Shown: one piece after another, positions 52,625 to 64,000 of the stretch
Layout: every line of letters starts with the position of its first letter
Position numbering within the stretch: the stretch's first letter is position 1
NCBI GenBank assembly: GCA_951406725.2
Contig: OX597837.1
Location: 10,106,001 to 10,170,000 of the forward strand
Origin: Octopus vulgaris
Lineage: Eukaryota
DNA length: 64,000 nucleotides
Direction of reading: 5' to 3'
The notes under the pieces: generated by a model
Told to the model about the DNA's origin: nothing
Seen by the model: the letters and a program-made list of their open reading frames with translations, nothing else
The model's database searches: none
Made by a program: the position numbers and the translations under genes

Positions 52625-53148
52625 TCGTAAATCTTCGAGTATAGTCCGCCCTTGAGTATAATAGGCAGGGGATTTTTAGGGGCTGTACCTCTGAAAAACC
52701 AAAACCTTGTATATAATACACACCCCTTCTCTAACTTGAGTTAAGGAGGTCTATATAACGTCCTTGGTTTGTAAAAATGTATACGGTAACGTCCTTTATT
52801 ATTATTGTATATATATAACATAATGCAAACGTGTAGCTTTTTTGTGCATTTTGTTTGCAGAAAATAAAGAAATAGCAGTAATAACGTTTATTAAATGTTG
52901 CTTACTGCAAGTTATGGATGATTCTTTTATGACTTCATTGCTTTCAGGCTTAGCTTAAGGTAGTTTCGCGCCCGATATCACAAAATGCGTCTGAATAAAC
53001 ATTGCCGGACAGCAAATAGAGACTCGGACATTACTTAGAAAATAATTTTCATTTTTAACCTCGTATATAGCCCTTCTGGGTACGCACTAGGGATTTTGAC
53101 CTTTAAATTTTGGGGGAAAAAATGCGGATTATACACGAGGATTTACAG
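52625..53148. mobile_element. Tc1/mariner (Tc2-like) MITE
   Basis: TIRs tcgtaaatcttcgagtatagtccgc / gcggattatacacgaggatttacag flanked by TA. Confidence 0.75.
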
Positions 53149-53752
53149 TATATAAGATGTATATCATGAAGTCTTACACATGCATCTATGGGATGGAAGC
53201 ACTCCGTCGGTTACGACGATGAGGGTTCCGGTTGATCCGAATCAACGGAACAGCCTGCTCGTGAAATTAACGTGTAAGTGGCTGAGCACTCCACAGACAC
53301 GTGCACCCTTAACGTAGTTCTCGGGGATATTCAGCGTGACACAGAGAGTGACAAGGCCGGCCCCTTGAAATACAGGTACAACAGAAACAGGAAGTAAGAG
53401 TGAGAGAAAGTTATGGTGAAAGAGTACAGCAGGGATCACCACCATCCCCTGCCGGAGCCTCGTGGAGCTTTTAGGTGTTTTCGCTCAATAAACACTCACA
53501 ACGCCCGGTCTGGGAATCGAAACCGCGATCCTATGACCGCGAGTCCGCTGCCCTAACCACTGGGCCATTGCGCCTACACATACATCTATACACACACGCA
53601 CACACAGACAGGCAACTCCGACACAACAATCATAGACATCCCACGGACCCACCTTTTTTTTTTTAAATCTCTCTTTGTTCCTTCATACTCTGGTCCCTAT
53701 TTCAAGTTCCTTAACAAATTCCCTTCAACCACCCGGAAACCCCGTTTCTTAC

Positions 53753-54100
53753 CCTCAACGCAATCTGCTTCTCTTTCTTCTTCAATGCGATCTCTTCATC
53801 CTCTTTAAACATCTGCTCAATCTCTTTCTTCAGTTTCTCCGTTTCCCGTTCCTTCGCTTCGATTTGCCTCAACTTCCGCTCCTCCATTTCCGTTATCTGT
53901 TCGCGCAGTTTCACGGCGCCCAAACGTAGCTCCTGCTTGCGCCGATTCTCGATCTCCTCCTGGACCCTGATGGCGTTCTTTCGATCGATCTCCATCATTT
54001 CGTCCAATCGCATTTCCTCAGAGGCTACGTCATGCTTCATCTGTTTCTTCTCTTCCAGCTGAGCGTCTCTGATCGCATGGCACTTCGCTTCCTGAATCAC
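53753..54100 (-). CDS. CFAP45: CFAP45 copy B exon
   Basis: VIQEAKCHAIRDAQLEEKK...EEMRLDEMMEIDR carries the hallmark CFAP45 AKCHAIRDAQ motif. Confidence 0.97.
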
Positions 54101-54268
54101 CTGCAATGTAAGATTTCATACATATAAATATAAATATATATATATGTGTATGTATGTATGTATGTATGTATGTATGTATATAGGATAAATGTAAAAAAAC
54201 ACCAACTGGGACAAGAACGCAAAACATTTAGAAGATGATACAAAAAAAAAAACGGACGGGACATTCGA

Positions 54269-54345
54269 AGCCTTCGATCTTCAGTCAAAAACCGGATCAT
54301 CTTCGCAATTTCGGCTGATTAATTTTGAGATTGCTCCGACCTGGC
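54269..54345 (-). ncRNA. Rearranged hammerhead motif, family 2, copy 3 (best preserved core)
   Basis: gcaa-UC-ucaaaa-uuaauc-agcc-GAAA-uugc-...-uuuuga-CUGAAGA-ucgaa-ggcu; stem I covaries (ucaaAa/uUuuga); predicted cut between 54329 and 54328. Confidence 0.75.
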
Positions 54346-55112
54346 CAGCCCCAAAGGAAAATCTAAGCCAAGCGCCTTAGATTCCTTGGAAGAAAGCCTC
54401 GAATGTATACAAAACAAGGACGGGAACGAATAAGAATACAAAAATACGTAAAAATAATAATGATAACACGAATAAGAATACGAAAATACGTAAAAACAAT
54501 AATGATAATAATAATAACAAAAACAGGACATCACAGACAGGTGTCTTTTCGACAGGACGGGTGAACTTGAGCTGGCGCATTGAAAAAATGCGAAGAGAGA
54601 AATAAAATGTGTCTGGCCTATACGGCTGTTGATCACGAAAAGGCAGGACAGCAGTCCAAAAGTTAGTCACGTGTGAGCGGGACAGAGGAAGAGAGAAAAA
54701 AAGGGAACAAGGAACAAAGGAGGAGGAGGGGAGAGAGAAAGAGACGGGTCAAAGTGGAATGCAAAGTGTGAAAGGCAGAGAAATGTAGGATATATATAAA
54801 TTAAATTAGAGATAAAACCACGATTAGGCAACTCAAACAGAAACTTTTTTATACTTGTTGGTTAGTTATTTTTTAAAAAATTTAAAGTTTAAAAATAAAA
54901 AAATATAAAAATTTAAAAATATAAATTTTAAAATGTTTAAATTTTAATAGTTTAAATTTTTAAATTTTATACGTATGTAATATAATTTTTCTAAATCTTC
55001 AGATTTTTCAATATGCTAGGCCACTGGTTTTAAATTGATATTAATCAAATAAATATTCAATTTTTCACCCTTATTATATAAATATTCGTGGATGTATATA
55101 TATATTTTAGCT

Positions 55113-55174
<62 letters not shown>

Positions 55175-55451
55175 CATCACCCATCAAATTCCTAGTAGTA
55201 ATTCTCAAATCTTTGCTAAGTAAGTGTTGTCGCTAAAGTTATTAACATTTTGTGGGGTGCTTATGAACCGGCCAGTGTCTGTCTGTCTGGTAAAGGATTA
55301 TGGGATAGCTGTTATCTATTAACATCCTGCAGAACGACATGATGCTGGCTGTTTGATTCCCTGCTTTGTCACATCTGTTATTGATAGAGAAGATTTTATT
55401 TCACACTAGGTGGTCTTGGCACAGATTGGTTAAGGTTAAATAACAACAACG

Positions 55452-55862
55452 GGATCTTTTCGGTTTGAACGGCAGTTTTTTCTAGCAGTGTCATATGAAA
55501 TTGTCACCCATAATTATGACCCTAGTATCGATCATTTCAATCTGTTTTAGGGTTAGGGTTAGGGATGGGGGGAAGGGTATTTTTTTCTTCATAAATGTAA
55601 ATAAACCCAATCTGTTTCTTAAACGAGGGACATATTCATACGGCACAGAATGTTGTTTACCTCAATGGACGTCATTGATTGGTTGAAACTGCAGAAGTTG
55701 AAGAAAAAAACCAACAAATATCTTACAAACTATAGAATTTTCTCAATAAAGCCAAGAGAAAAAGATGTTTTATAAACACATTCTACCAGTATACGAAGTT
55801 TAAAATTTTTTTTAGTTACCTAGAAATGATGTTAAAAACTGCCATTCAAACCGAAAAGATCC
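55452..55862 (+). mobile_element. Same GGATC-TIR MITE family
   Basis: Perfect 8-bp TSD caacaacg. Confidence 0.88.
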
Positions 55863-55909
55863 CAACAACGACAGTAATGACAGCAACAACCACAACAACT
55901 CACACTGAC

Positions 55910-56080
55910 CTCGTTTAGATATTTTATTCGGTCCTCTTCTTCTTCCCGCTTTTTCTTCGCTTTTGCTAGAAGGTTCTCGGCGTTCAGCTTGGCTTCCACA
56001 TCCAAATGGCACAGTTCTTCATCGGTCTGACGTTGTTTGTCAAGTTTTTTCAGCCTTGCTTCACGTTCAAATCGTTTTTG
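55910..56080 (-). CDS. CFAP45: CFAP45 copy B exon
   Basis: 171 bp; [14 protein letters not shown]...[32 protein letters not shown]. Confidence 0.92.
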
Positions 56081-56184
56081 CTGTTTTCGTTTAGCAACAA
56101 CACAAAAAAAAAAGAAAGACAAAGAAAGAAAGAACAGGACATTAAAAAACATCATACACACATGTACGTACATACGTATGTATG

Positions 56185-56447
<263 letters not shown>

Positions 56448-56503
56448 GACAAGAACGCAAAACCTTCAGGAGATGATACAAAAAACATGGACGGGTCATT
56501 CGA

Positions 56504-56580
56504 AGCCTTCAATCTTCAGTCAAGAACGGGATCATCCTCGTAATTTCGGCTGATTAATCTTGAGATTGCTCCAATCCGGC
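56504..56580 (-). ncRNA. Rearranged hammerhead motif, family 2, copy 4
   Basis: Same architecture; one mismatch each in stem III and the leader helix. Confidence 0.62.
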
Positions 56581-56713
56581 CAGCCCCAAGGAAAAACTAA
56601 GCTAAGAGCACCAGATTCTTTGGAAAAAAAGCTTCGAATGTATATGTAACAAGGACGGAAAAATGGACGATGTTACACGAATATAAATATAAAAATAATT
56701 CGAAAACACACAC

Positions 56714-56774
<61 letters not shown>

Positions 56775-56814
56775 ACATATATATATGAATATATTAATTC
56801 TTTCGCAGGAAGGG

Positions 56815-56888
56815 CTAGTTCGACGAATCGTGTTCTGTCCCACCTTCGAAACACGCTGGAGTTAAACTAGGGACAGCTGATGAAGGGG
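56815..56888 (+). ncRNA. Rearranged hammerhead motif, family 1, copy 2
   Basis: cuaguucgac-gaau-cgug-UU-cuguccc-accuuc-GAAA-cacg-cugga-guuaaacua-gggacag-CUGAUGA-agggg; predicted cut after 56834. Confidence 0.75.
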
Positions 56889-57180
56889 AATTTTCCTTGT
56901 GTAGTTTGTCTTGTACTCTGTTTTTTCGTTGTTAAAAAAGGTCCGTTTCCTTGTTTGTTTTTACGTTTTCGTTTCTCGTTGAGTTCTACGTCTATTTGTG
57001 GTGTCCTGTACTCACGTATATATATTTATATATGCATGTATATGTACATGTAGATGTAGGTACGTACATATATGTATGTATGTATGCATATATTTTATTT
57101 ATTACACTATTGTATGACTGAGCGCCCTCGCGTCGATTCGATTCGATTCGTTTCGTTTCGTTTCATCTCCTCCAAGTAAG

Positions 57181-57308
57181 TTTCTGTTGTTGTAGTGTTG
57201 GAAGTCGATGTGCCTACCCTCTTCCTCCTCCTCCTCATCATCATATATATATGAGGAGGAGGAGGAGGAGGGTAGGCACATCGACTTCCAACACTACTAC
57301 AACAGAAA
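57181..57308. repeat. Near-perfect hairpin with 58-bp arms and a 12-nt loop
   Basis: Arms 57181-57238 and 57251-57308, two differences. Confidence 0.9.
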
Positions 57309-57467
57309 GCGATTCCGAACTGGTGGACGTCAAAGAGAACTCCACAAAACCCTTGGAGGTCACTAATATATATGTCCGTCACTACACCCACACAAACGCT
57401 GGCGCTCTACCGACTCTATTCCTTGCAACACCTTATGATGGCGCTAAAAGCAGATAAAAAGAATTAC

Positions 57468-57612
57468 CAGTGCAGCTTCTTTTCTCTCCCTGTATTCCTC
57501 TCGCATCATGGACCTTTCTTCTTCACTTAGAACTCTGGCCCTCTGTTTTATCCTCGTGAAATCATGTCGGTCTAAGACGACAGGGCAACCCATCGAGTTC
57601 TTTTGCGGCACC
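57468..57612 (-). CDS. CFAP45: CFAP45 copy B exon
   Basis: VPQKNSMGCPVVLDRHDFTRIKQRARVLSEEE...KEAAL; tttcag/gtaatt. Confidence 0.92.
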
Positions 57613-57690
57613 CTGAAAGACAAGTTACATATATACACACACATTTATCATATCTTTTATATTCTACTTGTTTCAGATATTACCTTAGGG

Positions 57691-58246
57691 CAGTGGTTCC
57701 CAAACTATGAGTCGCGACCCACAGATGGGTCGCGAACGGAATCTTAGTGGGTCGCAAAAAGTTATAAAATTACGCATTAGCTTTGATTAACTGCTGTCTA
57801 TCGAGATAGTTCAAGACTTATGTTTTCAATACCAGACTTGTTGTTTTATCAAGCAGTGGGCTTTTTCACGAACTTAACAAATCAGAGGTTGTCATTTTCT
57901 CAAGTTATTTATTTGTACGTAATCGTAAAAAGGAAAGGTCTGTTTTTACCTATTCATAGAGAACTTTAACTAGGCGAAGTATAACACTGATCGAGTCGAT
58001 AACAGTTACTACTCAAGGTTTTGTACTAGTGTTAGTATTTACATATAGAGTATAGATACGTTGAAACAGTTATAAAACGTTTTGTTTCACATTTAATATA
58101 AATAGCAAAAAATTTAAATAAATAAAACATTATGGATTTCACTAGTAAGTTTATAAATTATTTAAAAAGTATAGGAGTTAAGTGGGTCGTCATAAACTGG
58201 TGTGATAAATAGTGGGTCGCGACTCTAAAAAGTTTGGGAACCACTG
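57691..58246. mobile_element. hAT (Charlie/SPIN-like) MITE
   Basis: TIR cagtggttcccaaact, subterminal gggtcgcg motifs, perfect 8-bp TSD ccttaggg. Confidence 0.92.
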
Positions 58247-58279
58247 CCTTAGGGATTTTTTAGCCAAACAACAACCATG

Positions 58280-58755
58280 TCCACCATTACTACCACCGCC
58301 TCTACTACTTTTACTTCTACCAATACAATCACCACTGCTACCGTATATTTACCACACTACCAGCACCATCACAACAACCACAACCATGAACAACACTAAC
58401 ACCCTAACTATATTACCACCAAATCGCTTAGTACTTCTATCACAACCATCACCACCACAACAACAACAACTACCACAGCAACCACCACCAACAGCAACAC
58501 CGAGCTATCATACAATCTCCACCATCACCACCACCACAATCTCCACCATCACCACCACCACCACAATCTCCACCATCACCACCACCACCACCGCAATCTC
58601 CACCATCACAACCACCATCACCACCATCACCACCACCACCACCATCTCCACCATCACCACCACCACCGCAATCTCCACCACTACCACCACCATCACAATC
58701 TTCCCCACCATCACCACCACCATCACAATCTCCACCACCACCACCACCACCACTA
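58280..58755. repeat. (CAC)n-derived compound repeat
   Basis: Directly visible. Confidence 0.9.
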
Positions 58756-60114
58756 CGCCACATTATCGATCGTTATAAATATTCCTTTTGACCCGCTCTA
58801 ATTAATACCTTCGTTAATTAATTACAGGAGAGGAGGCAACGAAACGGAAATAGACAACTTCGACCGTCTGCCATCTGCCTGTGTGCCTGTCTGCCTGCCT
58901 GTCTGCCTGCCTGCCTGCCTGCCTGTCTGTCTGTCAGCCTGCCAGTTTGCCTTTCTATCTGTTTGTTAGTCTGTTCCGTTTGTCTGTGTGTCCATTGACT
59001 ATTTAGAAACGTATGTGTGTGTGAGGGAATGCCTATGTATGTATGTGTGTATAAGTCTGTGCTTGTGCATGTATGTGCTTGTCTGGTTAACCCTATCCTT
59101 GTCTCCTTAAATACATCTGTCCTTGGCCCCTTGGCCCCTTGCCTCTCTGGCCTCTCTACCTGGCTGTAGCTGTCTCCCTCTGTCTTTCTATCTGCCAGTC
59201 AATATCTGCCTTGTTCATTTTTCTCATTTTCTCTTCTTGTCTCTCCTTGTCCCCTTGGTTGCCGATGTTTATACGTCCATCTCTGTTCTCCCTACCTGTG
59301 TTTATTTACCTGTCTCCTTGAATCTGCCTTTGTCCCTTCTCAATCTTTCCTATCTGTCCCTGTCCTCTTGGTTGCCGATGTTTGTACGTCCATCTCTACT
59401 CTCCCCATTTGTCTATTTCTTTACTTGCCGCCTTGTGTCAGTGCTCAAATGGAATTTATTTTATCGACCTCGAAAGGATGAAAGGCTAAGTCAACCCCGG
59501 CAAGATTTGAACTCAAAACGTAAAGACAGACCAAATGCCACTAAGCATTTTGTCCAGAGTGCTAACGATTCTGCCATCTCGCTGCTTCACTAATAATAAT
59601 TAGTTAAAATGACCGTCTGCATAGACGAAAAGGGCCAATTATAATAATAATTGAAGGGACATTAAGAGCATTAACAAACAGGTTTAAGAAATTGAGATTG
59701 ACCTGAGAGTAGAAGAATATGCTCAGAAAACTGCTTTATTGGGGACAGAGAGGATCTTGTGGTTGGTACCTGGGTTTTAGGTATCGTGGAAAGGGACTCT
59801 GTGAGATCTTTGACAACAGGTTGCTGTCTGCTCTCACAGATTTAACCAGAACAAGTAAAATCGGGAGCTGAGAAGTGAAATGGAAATAATAGAGACAGCT
59901 GTAGTAAAAAAAAAAAGTTTCAAATTTTGGCACAGGACCAGTTTTTGAGTGGAAGAGACAAGTCAATTACATGGACTTGACTGATCCTTATTTCATCGAC
60001 CGATTCCAAAAAGGATGAAAAGGGCAGAGTCGACTTCGGTGGATTTTGAACTCAGAACGTAAAGATAGACAAAATGCTGCAAAGCATAACAAGGCCAACA
60101 ACAACAACAGCAAC

Positions 60115-60530
60115 AATGCAGCATGAACGGTTGCGAAAGGTTTATGGTGAAAGAGGAGAAAAGCTCAATCGCATCGAGGAACGACAGTTGACTCGCCAAG
60201 AACAAGTCACGTTTAGCAGATTGCAAAGCGGCCACCATCCGGATTTGAGAAGCTGGCAGCACAAGATTGGAAGAATTGAGGACCCTATTTGCCGCAATTG
60301 CAAAATGGGTGAAGAAACAGGAGAAGACGTGATGTTGGAGTGCCCAGCTATCCATCCGTCGATCCGCGGTCAGCTGACGGACCCCGAGGCGATTGCGAAG
60401 GAGCCCAGACTGGCACTCAAGGTGTGGGAGAGATGGCTGAGGGTGGTGGAGGAGCAGGTGGTGATTGAGGAGCAGCAGTAACAAACTATCCAGCCAAGAG
60501 TTACTAAACAACAACATCAACAACAACAAA
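60115..60530 (+). mobile_element. 3' fragment of an I/Nimb/Ingi-type LINE ORF2 in a (CAA)n tract
   Basis: LTRQEQVTFSRLQSGH...C-x2-C...EETGED...C (degenerate CCHC); (CAA)n tail. Confidence 0.72.
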
Positions 60531-60589
60531 ATGGCACTTAACGAAAACAATGTCACAGTCAACAAACGAGAGTAGGGTACATAACTCAC

Positions 60590-60861
60590 TTTAGATTTCT
60601 TATCAAATCCATCATTATCACTTGTACATTCTCTTTGCCTTTCTGCTCGGCTTTTGTAGGCGGGTAGACATCTTTGATTTGGCTGAATCTCTGAGTCTGA
60701 CGTCCTCCAGGCGCCGTCTTTGGGATATTCCAACCGTGGCATTTCTCACCAAACAGCGACTCGTCAACTTGAGAGTGATAGCTAATTGTACGATATTGAC
60801 GATAGCGTCCTCTTTTTGACGAACCAGAGCCGCTGCTGGATCGCGTTCGGGCGCTGATTGG
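60590..60861 (-). CDS. CFAP45: CFAP45 copy B exon 2
   Basis: cag|PISARTRSSSGSGSS...YRTISYHSQVDESLFG...VIMMDLIRNL|gtgagt; VDESLFG is the CFAP45 N-terminal motif. Confidence 0.93.
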
Positions 60862-61054
60862 CTGCGAATGGAGAGTGAAATGAGACTGTAAGATTGTGTG
60901 GTGTTCATGCCTCTTTTTGTCTTTCTCATTCAAGTAGTGATATTACTAGAATAACAACCAAATTTGCTAGAAACAGCAGTCATATTTCCCTCCTTCTCTC
61001 TCCCTCTCTCTATCTATCTATCTATCTATCTATATATCTATCTCTCTCTTCCAC

Positions 61055-61090
<36 letters not shown>

Positions 61091-61264
61091 GTAGTAGTGA
61101 TATTACTAGAGTAACAACCAAATTTGCCAGAAACAGCAGTCATATTTCCCTCCTTCTCTCTCTCTCTCTCTATCTATCTCTATCTCTCTCTTCCACCTCT
61201 TTCTCTCTCTCCCTCTCTCTCTCTATCTATCTATCTATATCTCTATCTTTCTCTTCCACCTCTT

Positions 61265-61302
<38 letters not shown>

Positions 61303-61307
61303 ATATA

Positions 61308-61347
<40 letters not shown>

Positions 61348-61706
61348 CCTTTCCCTTCTCTTTTCTTTCAAGAAGGACACATTGGTTGATGTAATCAGAT
61401 ATTTCCCGAAAAGGCGAGATGGCCATGGCTGGCAGGTCATTCATTATACTGTGTAACACGATTTTTGTCCTTTGATAGCAACTGTCATTTCCTTTTTTTT
61501 TACTCCTAAAACGTATGAAAAATGGCTACTATTTCCTTCAAACTTTGCTTTTGTTATATTTATTCAAACCCCCAAAGAATCCTTGGCTGTGATGCTCCCC
61601 TGCGGGTGTTTATATTGTCAGCCACTAAGGGTCATGCTCAAGTGGTTTAGGTCAAGCAACTGACAAGCAAATCTGTGGTATTGAGCATTAGTGGTAGCAC
61701 TAATGG

Positions 61707-61745
<39 letters not shown>

Positions 61746-62123
61746 TCCATCAGCTTTCTGATCAATTGCTTCCTGATTGGCTGTTGGGACGAAAGCCAAG
61801 GTAATGGTTCTGGAGCTGCAACTTGTGACACCCTGAGACCATCAGATTATCCCAGCACCGTAACCCGTGATAGTTGTTGCTGTCTAAATTGTTAATTTCC
61901 GTTTGGATTTTCTAACTTTTTGGCAGAAATTACTTAAATGATGCTTACTACCAAATGAGCTGCAGTTTGGTTTTCTGTTTTTCATCCCAGATCAGTCTTT
62001 CTGTCTCCAGAACAATTCTAAAATCGCTTGGTAGTCTTCGGAAGTTATCAGAACATGTCGGTCTTTACTGACTCCTATCTGGTCACATTTCGATTTAAAA
62101 CAAAAAAACACATCACCGCTTAC

Positions 62124-62126
62124 CAT
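62124..62126 (-). CDS. CFAP45: Candidate ATG at the end of CFAP45-B exon 1
   Basis: aaaaATG|gtaagc, phase 0 onto PISAR; degenerate X-box-like GTTTCACGGTGAC at 62186-62198. Confidence 0.5.
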
Positions 62127-62845
62127 TTTTCCAGCTTGTGCTACAGAAGTGTCCACAAGCAAAGAGTTGGAGTCATCTCTGATGCGTTTCACGGTGACCC
62201 TTGCATTTCTTTGTGCCATAAATTCGGAGACAAACATCTAGGGATGTGCGTCACGCTCTAACTTATGCCTCCTTGCTTCATCCTCAATTTTAAATACGAG
62301 GAATAGTTCCATATAATTTACCCTGCGAGATAGAGAAACTCCTGTTCCAGTTATGGACCAGAACTACCTCCATTTCTTCCTTTGAAGGCATAGAGAAACA
62401 CCATGTAACTTCATGAATGCACAAATAGGTAACTTCCATTCTTTCTCGTGTTCCTCATATTCAGTTAAGAAGATGTTTTTAAGGTTACATAGTTCTACAA
62501 AATAGTTGTCCTTTCGCGTATTCATATTCAACGGCCCTGCGGTTCAGATAGGGTTTGCAGAGGAAGCTTTCTCACTGACAGTGCTAACATCAAAAATATT
62601 ACAGATTTCATTTAGCAAAATGTGTGAGAGTGTTATTGTTTTCATTACCAAACGTGTTATTAGAATTGTTCACGTTAGTGCTGTGGTCTTTGTAAAATAT
62701 TTCTGTCAGTTTTCTCATTTTTGTTTGAGCTTTGTGGATTTGCGACCAGATTCACTAGTTTTGTATAGATTTAGACTGGCGGTCCCTGCAGTCATTGAGT
62801 GTATGTATGCGTGTAAACAAATGAGAAAAAAATTTGTTTTTCCTC

Positions 62846-62902
62846 TCAAAACAGACCTTTCTTCCGACGGAACACAAACAGTCCAGACTGGTCATAGACT
62901 AC
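62846..62902 (-). CDS. Possible terminal coding exon of an unidentified upstream gene
   Basis: Strong acceptor tttatcttttttatgcag then VVYDQSGLFVFRRKKGLF*; no family recognised. Confidence 0.3.
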   Translation of the reverse strand, partial: VVYDQSGLFVFRRKKGLF

Positions 62903-63084
62903 CTGCATAAAAAAGATAAATTTAAAATTTACAAAATATTATTTCTTCGTTGCAGATTTATTTAATAAAATCCATAATTTCTGGAATGATATGAAAAAAA
63001 TCAAAACCACAACTGAACAAATCAGTACTCAGCATTAACAATCAATTCTTTATTCATCACAAGAGTAACAGAAATACAAGAACA

Positions 63085-63560
63085 TCCTCATCATCATCAT
63101 CATCGTCATCATCATCGTTTAACGTCCGCTTTCCATGCTAGCATGGGTTGGACGATTTGACTGAGGTCTGGAGAACCAGATGGCTGCACCAGAATCCAAT
63201 CTTGATCTGGCAGAGTTTCTACAGGCTGGATGCCCTTCCTAACGCCAACCACTCTGAGAGTGTAGTGGGTGCTTTTACATGCCACCAGCACGAGGGCGGT
63301 ACTGGTAGCGGCCACGCTGAAATCGGGCCTTTTATGTGCCACCTGCACAGGAGCCAGTCCAGCGGCACTGGCAAAGATCTCGTTTGAATGTTTTTACACG
63401 TGCCACCTGCACAAGTGCCAGCCAGTAAGGCGATGCTGGTAACGATCACACTCAAATGGTGCTTTTCTGCATGCCATTGGCACGGAGGCCAGTTAGCCGC
63501 TCTGGCAACGATCACGCTCATATGGTACTCTTAGCGCTCCACTAGCATGGATGCCAATAA
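63085..63560 (-). mobile_element. SINE-like element with (GAT)n tail
   Basis: (cat)n cgtttaacgtccgctttccatgc...ggatgcccttcct; degenerate partial copy at ~63595-63690. Confidence 0.7.
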
Positions 63561-63751
63561 TACAGAGAAAACAATTACAGACTCATTCATTCATTTTTAC
63601 GTTCGTTTTTCTATGCCAGCATGGGTTGGACGAATATGCTATTTAGGGTATAGTTTCATAACCGCACACCTTTCCTGACGCTAACCTTTATGGTTGTACG
63701 TAAATAGTCAAAGTACAAAATTACAATATAAACCTTCGAATGCATAAATGA

Positions 63752-63797
<46 letters not shown>

Positions 63798-63915
63798 TGT
63801 GTCGCTTATACAGTCCGTGTGCAATTTCAAATTTCCCATTTTATGTAACTTCATATCTTTCCTTAATTTTCTTATACATCGCTCTACCCAACAAAAGGCC
63901 ACCTTACCAAATATG

Positions 63916-63955
<40 letters not shown>

Positions 63956-64000
63956 CACTTCAAAACCAAACTAAAATACAGTCTGATGACGGCTACTAAT

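Noticed and set aside
60924-61260. ~160-bp direct duplication in CFAP45-B intron 1
   Set aside because: Simple local duplication between CT-rich microsatellites; no structure or coding signal.
62506-62910. 134-aa plus-strand ORF containing GPAVQI
   Set aside because: Non-ATG start, no splice or homology support, and no recognisable family.

Overview
Eukaryotic, intron-containing, microsatellite-saturated animal DNA. The SINE, Penelope and LINE content most resembles an octopus (coleoid cephalopod) genome; this is an inference. Host genes: (1) the last four coding exons of an OATP/SLCO transporter on + (1779-5096); (2) two tandem minus-strand copies of the ciliary gene CFAP45/CCDC19, a canonical ~549-aa copy B (47911-~62126) and a diverged ~503-aa paralog A (17781-39950) with matching exon phases. 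Introns hold an intact two-ORF CR1-group LINE (ORF1 with Myb/SANT-like and CCCH motifs) that shares its 3' tail with the main local SINE family. They also hold RTE, R4, Tx1 and I-type LINE fragments, Merlin-, hAT- and Tc2-like MITEs, Helitrons, tandem arrays and long hairpins. Most striking: two unrelated dispersed repeat families each carry a hammerhead ribozyme core whose three strands occur in reversed, non-circularly permuted (pseudoknotted) order, with compensatory base changes between copies (6 copies). Several minimal type-I hammerhead variants are also present. All coordinates were read by eye and may be off by a few bases.
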